This document shows positions 24,301 through 37,588 of a stretch of DNA of 64,000 nt, one piece after another. The position numbers and the translations under genes were made by a program. Below the pieces are notes generated by a model. That model was not told the DNA's origin, searched no databases, and worked only from the letters and a program-made list of their open reading frames with translations. Origin of the DNA: Eledone cirrhosa (Eukaryota); contig OZ024743.1 in NCBI GenBank assembly GCA_964016885.1, positions 127,100,001 to 127,164,000 on the forward strand, written 5' to 3'. How positions within the stretch are numbered: position 1 is the first letter of the stretch; the number at the start of each line of letters is the position of its first letter.

Positions 24301-25700
24301 ACCCGTCCAATAGTCATGAATCTCAACTTTTGTTTTCTATCATTCCATTTCTTTCCCTTCTTATCCTACGTATAGTGCGAAGGGAAATCGCAGTAGAGTT
24401 GCCTTTGATCCGGGTTCAAAGCATGTTCCTTATTATGCTTGAACCACTCAGTCAATTCCGTCTTAGGAAGTGGTGCGTTAGCAATTCTTTCGACACCTCT
24501 TCTAGTGTCCTGAAAACAGACCATTTGCCTATTCTCTAAGTGAACCGTCAGTTTCTGAATGCTGGGTTTGCGTTCATTGAGATGAAATCGAGCGAACATC
24601 CTGGAACCTGCCAACTTCATCTCCTTGGTTCGTTTCCTCATTCCCGACATTGATCATTGCCCGATCATAACCTTTGTAAACATATTTGAATAGATATTTG
24701 CAAGCTTTCACTGAGCTACAAATTTCCACATTAATATGACAACGATATTTCATAATCAAATATCGATTGTATGGCACAACCCATTGATTTGTAACCTGTC
24801 AACCGTTTACATTTTCGACCAAACCACCATCGGCAGGCGACCATCTTCTGTATGAGGGATGAGCATCCCCATCGTTCCAGGAAGTGTTCGTGACAAAAGA
24901 TTTCGGAAAGTGCTTACTGCATTGGCCATTTTTCATGCAAGGTGCTTTCTGATTTGCCACTCCGCATTGGTTGTGCACCATTGACTTTGCCACCAAGTTG
25001 CGTAGTGCCTCATTCTCCGGCAGTTCAGCACACACAATGCTGTCGTCATCCTCAGCACATCTCAATTTGCAATCTCTATGTAAAATAATCAGCAAATGTG
25101 CATGTGGCAATCCTCTTTTTTGGAATTCAATTTCGTATGTAAAAGCAACTATACCTCCAAAGATTCCCTCTTTTTCCACATCATCCATTATCTTTTTCAG
25201 ATATCCTTTGAATACTCTTGCCACAATATCAGGACGGTCGTTTGGCTGTTGTCCTGGCAAAAGTGCATCCTTAATATGAGTCCATTCAGGATTGCATGTA
25301 ACCGTTATAAACAAATTTGGCTTTCCAAACTTTCTGACAATAGCCATTGCATCCTGATAGCGAATGTTCATATATCTCGGGCCGCCAATGAATGACGATG
25401 GCAAAATGATGCGTCGACCAATTTGCTTGTAATTGGCATCATCGGCTGTTATCGCATCCTGTATATTATTATACAATTCAGCTCTGATATATTGCTGATG
25501 TGTAGCTATATATTTTAGCCTTTGATTTTCGATCTTTGCGAATGCCATACAACAGTATTCCTAGAACAATCTGCTGGCTTGAAATAGCGCGTTTCTCTGT
25601 TGATTCCTCTCGTTCAAATGGACCGCGTAAAAGTCGCGAATCGAATTATTGTGTCTATTGCCACCTCCCTGTTGATGCTGATTCTCCTGATCATCTAAAT
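21301..25700 (-). mobile_element. Helitron with decayed Rep/Helicase ORF; 5' part cut off by a hAT insertion
   Basis: Rep motifs FITVTCNPEW, EFQKRGLPHAH and KYLFKYVYKG. PIF1 helicase motifs DAPGGTGKT, IIWDEAPM, GGDFRQ, GLCNGTRL, MTVNKAQGQT and HGQLYVAASRV (22353-25548). 3' hairpin tacctgg-gcgaag-ctgggta plus CTAG|T at 21301, although that end may belong to a separate short element. Confidence 0.9.
21990..22321. repeat. Tandem duplication (about 130-bp unit with about 51-bp subrepeats) downstream of the Helitron helicase
   Basis: gcaatttctaccaatacttgtt appears three times; aaatgataactctgtcaaagctcacaatactgatcaaagga appears twice. Confidence 0.8.
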
Positions 25701-27930
25701 CACAGGTTCTCAACCCATTTAGACCAAACGCCTCCTTTTGTCCCTTGAAATCACGAAACGCCCCTCCCCCTACCCTATTTTTCCATTTTTCAATATACTA
25801 CTGATTTTGCTATCAGTAGATTACTAAAAAATTGATTAACAATATTCAGGCAGCTGAGAGTATAAATACATTCCTTGAAAGAAATATATAAATTTCAAAA
25901 AAAGGAACATAAATGTTCTTTTTTATGAATTTGTTATATTCCCACCAGGCGATACCAGCTATTTTGAACATTTATACAAGAGCAACTCTGTCTATCCCAA
26001 GAGTGCTCTTATCTGGAAGAAAGTGGCAATTATATCATTTCAAAGCTTTCCAATTTTCCCTTTAATGAAACGGACAGAATAAATGTTGATATCAAACTTG
26101 ATGTCTCCTCTGCTTTGTGAGCTTAGAGACCATGAAAGAGGGTTTTCATGACCACGTGGGAGGGTATATTTATTAATAAATGGTAAAATATATACAACAA
26201 ATGAGTAAGTGAATTGTAGTAGATGGTTTCCAGTCCAGTCAGACTGCAACTACAAATAAAAAAATTGTTAGTTTGCTTTGTAACAATAGCATATCCAAGT
26301 TTTCGGATAAATCAATTTACTTTAACTCTGACTCATTTCAATGGGACCCTAGAGCTTCATGGAGTCTAGCTAACTCTTTGACGTGAGGCTGAGTTTTCCT
26401 AAGATGTAGCCAGAGATCTCCACGTGTAATTACATTGTAGCGGTTGCGAGCCTTACTGTGCAGTCTGGAAACAACACCAAACCTCCTCTCGACTAAGTAT
26501 GAGCTTGGAAAAGGCAGAGCAAATCTCTTAGCCTCTGCATGTAGGTGTGTAAATCAACGCTAAATTTCCTCTTGCATCCCAAAAAAGGGTTCACCTATTT
26601 TGGGAAATCTAATTTTGATCATGTCATCTGCTTGAAGTTCAATGAATTCTTCCTGAAATTTAACGTCCAAATTGTCGACGTTAGCTATGAAAGCATCTGC
26701 TACCCACATTGGGATGTCCATCGGCAAAGGATCGACAAACCGTTCTCTCATGTTGTCTTGTAGCGCACGGAGTTGAGTGGTATAAATTTGGAGTTGGTCA
26801 TCGCTTACAATGTTTTGAACATTGGCGACACTAGGAAAATTATAGAATTCCCATCAACAAAGATTCCTTTCGATGACATTCAATTTGGCCAGGAATGTTT
26901 TCACAGCATTCCTTGCTTTAAGTAAGGTGATCTTCTTCCCCTGCAAAGCCAAAATGACGCTATTGCATTTGTCGAAGATGTTGCCTCACATCGAGGGTTT
27001 TCTTGTACAGTTCTGTGTTGCGTCCTCGCAGAAACTCAATGATAGAGTCGAAGAGTTGAAAGAAGTGAGTAAAGCACTGGCCCTTTGAAAGCCACCTCAC
27101 TTCAGTATGAAGGAGCAACTTGACGAATTCTTCGTCATTATCTTGGCACAGTTGCTGGAAAATTCGTTCATTGAGGGAATGGTGTTTTATAAAATTGATG
27201 ACATCAATGGCCACCTGCAAGGACTTGCTCAGAGGCTTGCTGAATTTCTTCGCAGCCAAGTGTTGTCGATGAATGACACAATGAACAGCAAATACAGATA
27301 GATTTTCTCTCTTCAGAAGAGTGACGAAGCTCTTATATTGGCCGACCATTGCTCTTGCGTCGTCCGTAGCACATGATACAATGTGTGTTGTATGTGGTCC
27401 TAGATGTATGTATTACCTGCTTGTGTGTTGTATGTGGTCCTAGATGTGTGTATTACCTCCTTATGTGTTGAATGTGGTCCTAGATGTATGTATTACCTGA
27501 TTGTATTGTATGTGATCCTAGATGTTTGTATTACCTGCTTATGTGTTGTATGTGGTCCTAGATGTGTGTGCTACCTGCCTGTGTGTTTTATGTGGTCCTA
27601 GATGTGTGTGTGCTACCTCCTTATGTGTTGCATGTGGTCCTAGATGTGTGTATTATCTGCTTATGTGTTGTATGTGGTCTTAGATGCGTGTATTACCTGC
27701 TTATGTGTTGTATGTGCCACCCACTTCTATGTTTTTTTTCTTTTTTTCTTTGTAATATTATTTATACAATAGGGAATAAAATAGATCTACATAGTGTTAA
27801 CTCGTTGCAGTTGAGTCAATAATTTCAGACATGAAATACATTGTTATCGGTGAAGGAAAGATAAGATTCTAACTGGCTGCGCTCAAAGTGTCCTTGACCC
27901 AGATGACTGCGAGTTTTTTCATTATTCAGA
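25701..27930 (-). mobile_element. hAT (Charlie/Buster-type) DNA transposon, internally deleted, other end lost
   Basis: TIR CACAGGTTCTCAAC after atctaaat. Transposase remnants ATDDARAMVG, HCVIHRQHL, HTEVRWLSKG and PFPSSYLVERGF. Confidence 0.88.
27381..27716. repeat. 40-bp minisatellite (about 8 copies) inside the hAT element
   Basis: Unit tatgtggtcctagatgtgtgtattacctgcttatgtgttg. The tag core recurs at 27401, 27441, 27481, 27519, 27559, 27599, 27641 and 27681. Confidence 0.9.
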
Positions 27931-30751
27931 CTTCTAGAATTCTGCGACGCCAATGACATGTCGATATGTAACACAAACTTCAAAAAACCCGACAACCACC
28001 TGATCACCTATAGATCAGGGGAGCATTCTAGTCACATAGATTTTATCCTCATCAGAGGACGTGACAGATGGACGGTCGTAAACACAAAAGCCTTCCCTAG
28101 TGAGGAATGTACCTCCCAACATAGCTTAGTTGTCAGCGACCTCACAGTCAGAACTAGACGAACCTGGAAACAGAGGCCAACCTGGAGAAGAAAGATCTGG
28201 AAGCTGAAAGACCCCTCAGTCAGTAACAGATTTAAAGATATTTTACTCAACGCCCACGACAGTAAAGAACAGATAGAAACATTCAATGTAGAAGAGCACT
28301 GGGAGTTCCTAAAAAATAGCTTACTAGAGGCGACGGATGAGGTCTGTGGCTGGAGTAAGACCACAAGCAGGAGGAGAGTGACTTGGTGGTGGAACAATAA
28401 GGTAGATGAGGCAGTTAAGGCCAAGAGACAGGCATGAAAAGAATGGAAGAACGGGGGAGCAGGGTACATTACATAGAGACCAAGAGGGAAGCTAGGCGAC
28501 AAGTATACTTAGCAAGGAGGGAAGCAGATGATAGAAAATTCGAGCATGTTTTGCAACGTGAGGACCAGAAACAGGAGGTGTTCAAGATTGCGAGGCAGTG
28601 TGTCAGAGAGAATTGTGATGTCATTGGAGAGAAGTGTATCCGGAATGATAAAGGTGAGCTTGCCCTCACAAGTGCTGAGAAGAAAGATGCATGGAAGAGT
28701 CATTATGATAGATTACTAAATGAGGAGAATGCATGGGAAGAAGAGACCCTACCCCAAGTAGACCCTATAGAGGGGCCAGCAGTACAAGTCAGCAGCAGCG
28801 TAGTAAGTAAGGCAATCAAAGATATGAAGATGGGGAAGGCAACCGGTCCATCAGGTATAGCTGCCGAGATGCTGAAGGCATCTGGGTATGTAGGTCACAC
28901 TATAACCACACGTATTGTTAACCAGGTAATACTAGAAGGTGTCATACCAAAAGATTGGTAGTAGCATCATTGTCAACTGCTACAAAGGTAAAGGTAATGC
29001 ACTTGATAGAGGAAACTATAGAGGTATAAAGCTGATGGACCAGGTCATGTAAGTAACAGAAAGAGTTATAGCACAGTTGATTAGGGACCGGGTGAAACTA
29101 GATGAGATGCAATTTGGGTTTGTACCAGGAAGAGGCACCGCTGATGCCCTCTTCCTTGTGAGGCAGTTACAGGAAAAGTACCTAGCTAAAAGTAAGCCAC
29201 TCTACCTGGCATTCGTCGACCTCGAGAAAGCCTTTGACAGAGTTCCACGTGCTCTAATCTGGTGGGCTCTTAGAAAACTAGGAGTAGATGAATGGCTTGT
29301 GAAAGCTGTACAAGCCATGTATAGGGGAGCAGTCAGCAAAGTTAGGATTAGCAATGAGTATAGCGAGGAATTTAGCGTACAGGTTGGGGTCCACCAGGGC
29401 TCTGTTCTTAGCCCTCTCCTGTTCATCATAGTCCTGCAGGCAATAACGGAGGAGTTTAAGACCGGATGCCCATGGGAACTCCTGTACACTGATGACCTCG
29501 CACTTATAGCTGAATCTATGGTACAACTAGAGAAGAAATTCCAAACTTGGAAGCAGGGACTAGAAAGAAAGGGTCTCAAAGTCAACATGACAAAGACTAA
29601 GGTCCTTGTAAGTAGACGAGAAAACAGAACCCAGATCCCCTCAGGGAAATGGCCTTGCTCAGTATGTAGGAAAGGTGTAGGTAGGAACTCCATTCTCTGC
29701 CCCAAATGCAAACAATGGGTACACAAGAGATGTAGCGGGATCTCAGGAAGCTTAATTAAGAATGTAGGCTTCACTTGCAGCAGCTGTACTGGGACAGCAA
29801 GCAGCAAACAGCCACAGGAAACAAGTACCACCAATCTCTGGGAGGGCTCTGTAGAGACAGTAGACAGCTTCTGCTACTTAGGTGACCGAATTAGCAGCGG
29901 AGGTGGGTGTTCAGAAAGTACAATAACTAGGGTAAGAACGGGATGGAAGAAGTTCAGGGAACTACTACCACTGCTAGCTGCAAAAGGCTTCTCCCTCAAA
30001 ATGAAAGGCAGACTGTATGATGCGTGTATCCGAACAGCAATGTTACATGGCAGTGAGACATGGGCGCTGAAGGTGGAAGACTTACGTAGATTAGAGAGAA
30101 ACGAAGCCTGCATGCTCCGATGGATATGTAATAGTAATATACGTGAACAACAAAGCATAAATGAATTGAGAGAGAGACTGAGCATAAGAGGAATCAAATG
30201 CTGTATGCAGGAGAGGCGGTTGCGTTGGTATGGACATGTGATGCGTGTGAAGGATGACAGCTGCATAAAAAGGTGCAGAGCACTAGAAGTCGATGGAAAC
30301 CACGGAGTGGGGAGACCCAAAATGATCTGGGATGAGGTGATAAAAGCCGACCTTACCCAATTACACCTCTCAAAGGCGATGACACACGACCGTGACCTCT
30401 GGCGACACGCAGTAATACAGAGTACCCGACCTCCCATGGGTACAAGCTGAAGCATATAGACAATATGCCCCCACACCCTTCCACTGCAAGGTGGTCGTGG
30501 AGGTGCCACGGCAAAAAAGCACCCAGCCTACACTGTAAAGTGGACGTGTAGGTGCCACGAAAAAGCACCCAGCACTCACTGTAAATGAGGTTGGTGTTAG
30601 GAAGGGCATCCAGCTGTAGAAATCAAGCCAAATGAGTTCCTGTATGAGCAAGGCATGGTCAGCCAACCAGACACTGCCCACAACAGGACAACCCATCTAA
30701 CCCATGCTAGCGTGGAAGAACGGACGTAAAACGGTGATGATGATGATGATG
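27931..30751 (+). mobile_element. RTE LINE, 5'-truncated within the endonuclease. RT carries a PHD insert; few stops or frameshifts
   Basis: ORFs 27958-30450: SHIDFILIR, QFGFVPGRGT, FVDLEKAFDRV, GVHQGSVLSPLLF, LLYTDDL, FCYLG. (GAT)n tail. Confidence 0.95.
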
Positions 30752-30864
30752 ACTGCACCAATGTACATATATATATACAGATATCTAATTTATAGGTATG
30801 TAAACTTTTACTCTTATAGTATACAAAAATCATTAATCATTATATATATATATATGTGTGTGTG

Positions 30865-31750
30865 TCATCATCATTTTACGTCTGCTTTTCCCTGCTTGCA
30901 AGGGTGGGACGGGTCTTATTTAGCACAGGATCTCTCCACTCGTCACAGTCCCTCGTCATCTCCACCGTGAGCTTCAATGATCTGAGGTCTGTTCTCACCA
31001 CCTCCGCCCATGTTTTTCGTGGTCTTCCTCTACCACGTCTTCCTTCAACTGGCAATTCCTGGCACTTCTTCACCCATCGGTCATCCTCCATGTGCATCAC
31101 ATGTCCATACCACCTCAGTCTCCTCTCCCGTACACTACATTCTATCCCTCTCAGACACAGTTTCTCTCTTAACACATTTATGCTGGGTCGTTCACGCACA
31201 TTTACACTGCACATCCAACGGAGCATGCTTGCCTCATTTCTCTCCAGCCGTCGCATTTCCTCTGCAGTTGCTGCCCATGTCTCACTACCATGCAGCATCG
31301 CGCTCCTCACACAGGCATCATATAACCGGCCTTTCGTATGCAGGGAGAAACCCTTCTTCGTCAACAGAGGAAGCAGCTCCCTAAACTTCTTCCAACCCGT
31401 CCTTATTCTAGATACTATGGCCTCGGAACACCCTCCTCCCATACTAATCTGATCTCCTAGGTACCGGAAGCTATCCACCACTTCTATAGCACCACTTCTA
31501 TTAATGCGACTTCTACTGTCTAATTTCCCTGTACATCTACTGCATACATATTTCTCCCTACCTGTTAGTTTGCCTGCTATCCCGCTACATTTCTTGTGTA
31601 CCCAGGATCTGCATTGTGTGCATTTTATAGAATTTATGCCAGTTCCTTTTCTGCATATCGAACATGGCCATTTCCCTGACGGAATCAGGGTTTTGTCCTC
31701 TTTTCTACTCATCAACACTTTTGTCTTAGCTAGATTCACTCTCAGTCTTC
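30865..31750 (-). mobile_element. RTE LINE 3' fragment (related subfamily), tail-to-tail with the previous copy
   Basis: ORF 30876..31739 contains C4HC3, FRYLG and GRPRKTW. (ATC)n tail at about 30865. Confidence 0.92.
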
Positions 31751-31869
31751 TTGCTTATATATATATAAATGTATGTATGTATATATGATATATATATATA
31801 AAGAAATCATTATATATACATACATAATATATTTGGTCCAACCCATGCAAGAATAGAAAAACAGACATA

Positions 31870-32450
31870 AAAATGATGATGATGATAATGGTTTCTGATT
31901 TAGGTACAAGGCCAACAGTGAGGGAGGATAAAGTCAATTAAATCAACCCAAGTGCATTACCGGTACTTCAGTTTATCGACCCCCATAAGGATGAAAACTT
32001 CAGCAGGATCTGATCTCAAAATGTAAAGGGAGGTAACCTATGCCACAAAGAATGTTGTCCAATGCTCTGCTGATATTGCCCCATTATATTTTGATTGGCA
32101 GTATCAGTAGAGAGTCGGACGCCATGCTTTCCAGCATAGTTACGTCCCTTTACGGTCTGAGTTCAAATCCCGCCGAGGTTAACTTTGCCTTTCATCCTTA
32201 CGGGGTCGATACAATAAAGTACCAGTAATGTACTGGGTAATTGCTGGCCTTGTGCCAAAAGTAGAAACAATTATATTTTGACGCATAGGAGGATTGGCAG
32301 TATCGGTAGAGAGTCGGACGCCATGCTTTCCAGCGTTCAAATCCCGCCGAGGTTAACTTTGCCTTTCATCCTTATGGGGTCGATAAAATAAAGTACCAGT
32401 AATGTACTAGGTAATTGCTGGCCTTGTGCCAAAAGTAGAAACAATTATAT
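31870..32450. mobile_element. Deu/Nin-domain SINE cluster (one minus and two plus copies)
   Basis: Same consensus as the 9310-10955 cluster. Confidence 0.85.
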
Positions 32451-32509
32451 ATATATAATAGAGTAATAATAAGGATCAATTTTAATTAAAATAAGTAACA
32501 ATATGTCTA

Positions 32510-32668
<159 letters not shown>

Positions 32669-33441
32669 TTAAGAAAAAAAGAAAAAAAATTAAAATGTAA
32701 TTTAACAAAATTTAATACTTTCATTACCATATTTGTAATCAAAGAGACTGTCTGTAATATTCAATTCACTTTGAAAATAATCAAGAATTTAGAGGGATTT
32801 AGTAATATAACTAACTTTCTAATTATTAAGGTGGTGTTTGAAATACCTTAAAAAAGATTCTTACATTAAATTTTGATGGAAATTTTAAAGAAAAATATAA
32901 ACACTTTAACCCTTTCATTACCATATTTCTAATGAAAGACAATGCTTATAATTTTCAAATAGTTCTGAAAGTAATCAAGATTTTAAAGGGATTTTGTCAA
33001 TCTGAGCATCTCACAAAAATTTGTACTCTTAATGTAATTCTCAGGGAGATTTAGTGTGATGCAGTGTCTGACAAGGCTGGCCCTTTGACTAACAGGTCCA
33101 GTCAATCCACCAGGCTTCCAAACAGTTTCAATCTACTCAGTTTCACACATCAAACATGAGTAGACCTGAGGCTATAGTAAATGACACTTGCCCAAGATGT
33201 ACTATATTTTACCTGAAGAGGTTTAAATAAGATCAAAACATGCCTGCAGTTGTCTCTTTAACTCATTGAAATCGTTAAAACAATTGATATAATTAAAACA
33301 ATGTTATTCATTGAAAAAACATTGTCTTTTCTTTGCCACATAATTGCATTTCTAATTAGATCTTTAATACACACTCCATTAACTATATTACCACTAAACT
33401 TTATTGTTCTTTTGTGCAGAAGGTGTTTAATATCCACATAC

Positions 33442-33532
33442 CAACATGGGATTCAGCAGCCAGATGGAGTATAGTGTCAATCCTGTTCTCTTTCATTACA
33501 TTGAATACAGCTGTAGGATTACAAATATCTCC
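33442..33532 (-). CDS. TGDS: TGDS coding exon 4 (GDICNPTAVFNVMKENRIDTILHLAAESHV), 91 nt
   Basis: tttcag acceptor, gtatgt donor. GDI and HLAAESHVD motifs. Confidence 0.95.
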
Positions 33533-34044
33533 CTGAAATAGTCAAACAAAGCAGAGTGTATTTTAATTAGTTAACATAGTTAATAATACAGAGAGCATTT
33601 TATATGGTTGATAATGTAGTTAATACATACTGAAGAATGACTTAAAGAAACTGAACCTCATTAAGGAAATTACACAGTTGACAGGTGATAAGCCATAATG
33701 CAAAAGACCTAGCCACCAGTAGAAGCTCTGAGATACTCAATGTAAATCTGGTGACAGATTGGCAGCAACAGTGATTGACATTCAAAATCGAACAGAGACA
33801 ATATAAGCTTAGAGAGTACTCTACAGTTTGGCCTAGCATGTTCCACAATAAAATGTACTGATTACACCATGTAAAGTGTTAGTGTTGGTAGCACAATAAA
33901 ATGCATCCAGTCCACTCTGTAAAAAGGTAGTGCTGGTGTCATGAAAAAGTAAGGTGGTTGGCAATAGGAAGGGCATCTAGCCATAGAAAACATGCCAAAT
34001 ATGGAACATAATGGGCAAGACTGTCTCCCAGTATACAAATGTTC

Positions 34045-34960
34045 AACGTAACTGGGACGACATCAAATGCTGGTCTTCCTTCAGGCGGATTGAGTCTGGT
34101 TTAGACCAACACCGTCTCACCTGCCTCCGTTCTGCTTCACAGCTAAACAGTGGTGTGTAGCTCACTTCAGTGCCCTCCTCACCAACCACTACTCTTCTTG
34201 ATGATGATTGCACTTGCATCTGAGTGGTCAAATGCCTCTGCCTCTGCATGTGTAAACCACATAAATGGCATTGTGGGGTAGTCGTTGACAAGTTTGGCTT
34301 GCACCCACTGTCTTACTGCCAGAGTGCAGGCTAGTTCCCCTGACATGTCGCTCTTAATGGCATATTGAGAAGGAGCCTGGATACAACTGGCTTCCCATTA
34401 CAACTGGAGCCAACTGGCCTCGACGGCGGTTTTGGAAAGCACCCTGATGGAATTATCCTCTTCCCATTCGAAGGAGGTAGATCCCTCATCTGGGACCCCA
34501 CATGTGACACGTTCCCTACCTCCAATTTAGTCACTTTAGCCACAAACCCTGGTACTATAGCTTGCAATTCAGAGGAAAGGAAGACAAACAAATACCACGG
34601 ATTGTCTGGCTGTTTCCTCTTCACATCGGTCACCGTCAAGACCTCAGGCATACTCAGACCCGTACTGTTGAATTCCTTCGCAAGATTGGAATGTCAGCAG
34701 CCTGTCTGAAGAAGGAGCCCTGTGAAGTGGGGTGGCTGCTGCAACGGGTATCGTTGGCCATTGTCCTTGGAAATGCTTTAGTGGTCTTGTCTGCGAGGTG
34801 CAACCCCAACACCACCGTGTCTTAGACCAAAAGCCCATCACCAACCCTTCTTCCCCCCTCCATCCTTTGTGGCTCTAGAGTCCTTGCTTTTCCCTTCCTT
34901 TTCAGTTTCTAAAATTTTGTAGTGTTTTTCTAATTATTTTATAGTCATTCATTCTTATAT
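34045..34960 (+). mobile_element. CRE-type (RLE) non-LTR retrotransposon 3' fragment
   Basis: HVALN, EPTGL..GKHPDG..LIWD and LLQRVSLAIVLGNA: restriction-like endonuclease C-terminus matching 44370-47640. Confidence 0.8.
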
Positions 34961-34964
34961 AAAA

Positions 34965-35323
34965 CTAGCTGGCCCGTTCGGCTGGCGCCCCGGCTAGGTA
35001 TAACTGCCCACACCACTCCACTGCAAGATACCACACACCCTCCCGTGTCACATTGTCCTTCCGACTCTCTCTCTCTTTCTGAATAACTAACACTTTAATC
35101 GTATCTCTCTCTGTCTAACGGCCTATCTCTCTCTTTTCTCTTCTGTCTCTCTCTGTAGATGTGTGTGTGTGGTTTTCCTAATCTGTCTCTTTCACTCTCT
35201 GTCTGTCTAAGAGGGTTGCCTTTTGATGTATGTATTACCTGCTTGTGTGTTGACCGAATTTGAAGGAGGTTATCCTTTTTAAATAAACATACATACGACG
35301 CTCATCTCTATGTTGATATATGA
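34965..35323 (-). mobile_element. Short non-autonomous Helitron-like element
   Basis: Minus strand reads A|TCATATATC...GC-rich subterminal segment...GCTAG|T. Internal (TC)n. A similar 5'-end motif (gacgctcagctttataatattaga) sits at about 35778. Confidence 0.6.
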
Positions 35324-35329
35324 TATAAA

Positions 35330-35652
35330 TAATGGGATTGATGAGTTAATATCTGTATACAACAACTACAATGGTGCGCAATGGGGCCCACCCACAGCCC
35401 CAGCGGACAGATTGAAGAAGGCGTTTCGTCGGAGGACGGCAAGGGAGACGCGCTGGAAAAGCCACTTCAACTCACGGGCTCACACCTGCGGCTGGCCAGC
35501 TCAGGCCTATGGGTGGTGAGTAAGGAGGTAGCCCTGGGGCCGAGGACACCAGAAGTCTCCACTGCCAGGGGTATGATCAAAAACCTGTTGGAGAGCGACC
35601 GGTATTTGAGGAGTTTGGCCCCCTCAGCCCGACGTGCAGCAGAACCTGGGTA
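35330..35652 (-). mobile_element. Another CRE-type 3' fragment (RLE C-terminus)
   Basis: Minus-strand translation AARRAEGAKLLKY..IIPLAVETSGVLG..WLFQRVSLAVLRRNA. Confidence 0.75.
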
Positions 35653-36918
35653 TATATTGATATATTGAAGGTAGATACGGAAAGTAAAAGAGTGTTGTCA
35701 TATAGAGAGTGAAGAGAGACAGAGAGTAAAGCAGTTAAATTATGGAGAGGGTGAAAGAGGGGAGAGAGAGAGAGAGATGACGCTCAGCTTTATAATATTA
35801 GAGAGTGAAGAGCGACAGAGAGAGTAAAGCAGTTAAATTATAGAGAGGGGGAATGATCTATTATAGAGAGAGGGAAGAGTGACAGAGAGAGTAAAGCTAA
35901 GAAACTATAGGGAGGTGTGTAGGATACATACGTGTTGACCGAATTTACATACAGAAAGGTGAGGAGAAAAGAAAAAAATTGATAGAAAGATTTTTTTTTA
36001 AAGTAACAGTTTTAGGGAGTGAAACGGTAAACAGAAAACTTTTCAGTACAATTTATAAAATGAGTTGTTAGGGTTTAACTATAGGCATGTGTTGTAGAAT
36101 CTACTCAAAGTGTCTATTTGGTTACAGACAATAGCTAATATTGCAGATTAATCTAAAAGATACAGTTAAATCAAAGAGCGAAACAAAGAGAAAGGCAGTG
36201 ATTTTGCCGACAGTTTTAGGGGTTAAACAGAAAATACACTCAGAGAAATTCAGACAGAGGTTTTGTCATCCTGAGAAATAGAGTAGGCAGCAGAAAGGAA
36301 AACAATTTTTTTAAAGCTAGTCTAAATGTCTATTTGGTTACAGAGAATGGCAAAAATGGTAGAACAGACAGAGAAGCCCTTATTTATTTATTTATTTTAG
36401 AGCAGACAGTTATAGAATTATACAATGCGAAGGAAAAAAAATTAACAGATAGAAAAGTATGAAAAAAAAATTAATTATAAGTATATTATATAATTAATAA
36501 TATAGAATGTATTTTAGATAATTAGTAATGCAATATTTAATATAGTTAATAATATGGAGAGTATGTGGCAGATGCACAGGAGGAGTAAGCACATGAGCAG
36601 GCATGAAACAGCTTTTGTTATCTAGGTGCCCTAATCAGTAGTTGGGAAAGAACAGGCTGGAAAAAAACTTTAGGGAGTTGGCATCTCTACTAACAACAGC
36701 AGGCTTCTTTCTCTTACAATGCTACAGGCCACTGAGACATGGGCATTGAAGATGCAAATCCAGAAAGATGAGGTAGTGAAGACTGGCCCTAAGAAGCTGA
36801 ATCTCACAATAAAGATGGCAAAGGATTATGAGAATTGGTGGCATGCTGTACTAGAGATGATCTACCCACCAGCATAAAATGTGACCTGATCTGACCCAAC
36901 CATGTGCACCCTCTACAC

Positions 36919-37588
36919 CACAGATTCTCAACCCATTTAGGCCAAACGCCCCCTTTTGTCCCTTGAAATCACGAAACGCCCCCCCCCCCCCTATTTTTCC
37001 ATTTTTCAATATACTATTGATTTTTCTATCAGCAGATTACTAAAAAATTGATTAACAATATTCCAAAGATGTGTGTATTATCTGATTATGTGTTGTATGT
37101 GGTCCTAGATGTGTGTGCTACTCGCTTCTGTTTTTTCTTTTCTTTTTTTTATTTGTAATATTATTTATACAATAGGGAATAAAATAGATCTACATAGTGT
37201 TAACTCGTTGCAGTTGAGTGAATAATTTCAGACATGAAATACATTGCTATCGGTGAAGGAAAGATAAGATTCTAACTGGTTGCGCTCAAAATGACTTTGA
37301 TCCAGTTGACTGTGGGTTTTTCCATTTTTAGGATCTCAATTATCGGTTAATGTCTCAATTACCAGACATGCCTGGACACCTGCTCACAGCTGCGGTCAGG
37401 ATATAGTTATGCTGTCTGCAAGCTCATTCAAATGCATTCACACTGGCTGTCTCAAGGACAAACAAATATGGCTTATAAAACTTACCAAAAAAAAGTGCCT
37501 TCCAGTACCCCCCTAACCTCCCTCCCCCAGCTCCAAACGCCCCCCTAATGCGACCTTGCTCCCAAACGCCCCCTGTTGAGAACCTTTG
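36919..37588. mobile_element. hAT/Charlie MITE, a deletion derivative of the 25701 element
   Basis: TIRs CACAGATTCTCAAC / GTTGAGAACCTTTG. Perfect 8-bp TSD CTCTACAC (36911-36918 and 37589-37596). Internal sequence matches 25701-25847 and about 27640-27925. Confidence 0.92.

Noticed and set aside
27381-27716. Regularly spaced 40-bp repeats resembling a CRISPR array
   Set aside because: The units are contiguous with no unique spacers, there are no cas genes, and the context is eukaryotic. It is a minisatellite inside a hAT element.
29202-31452. Long ORFs antisense to RT ORFs (for example 29202..29834, 29874..30509, 30856..31452)
   Set aside because: Shadow frames of LINE coding sequence with no independent motifs.
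33207-33260. Hammerhead-like CTGAAGA motif
   Set aside because: GAAA is replaced by AAAA and stem I does not pair. A decayed relic at best.
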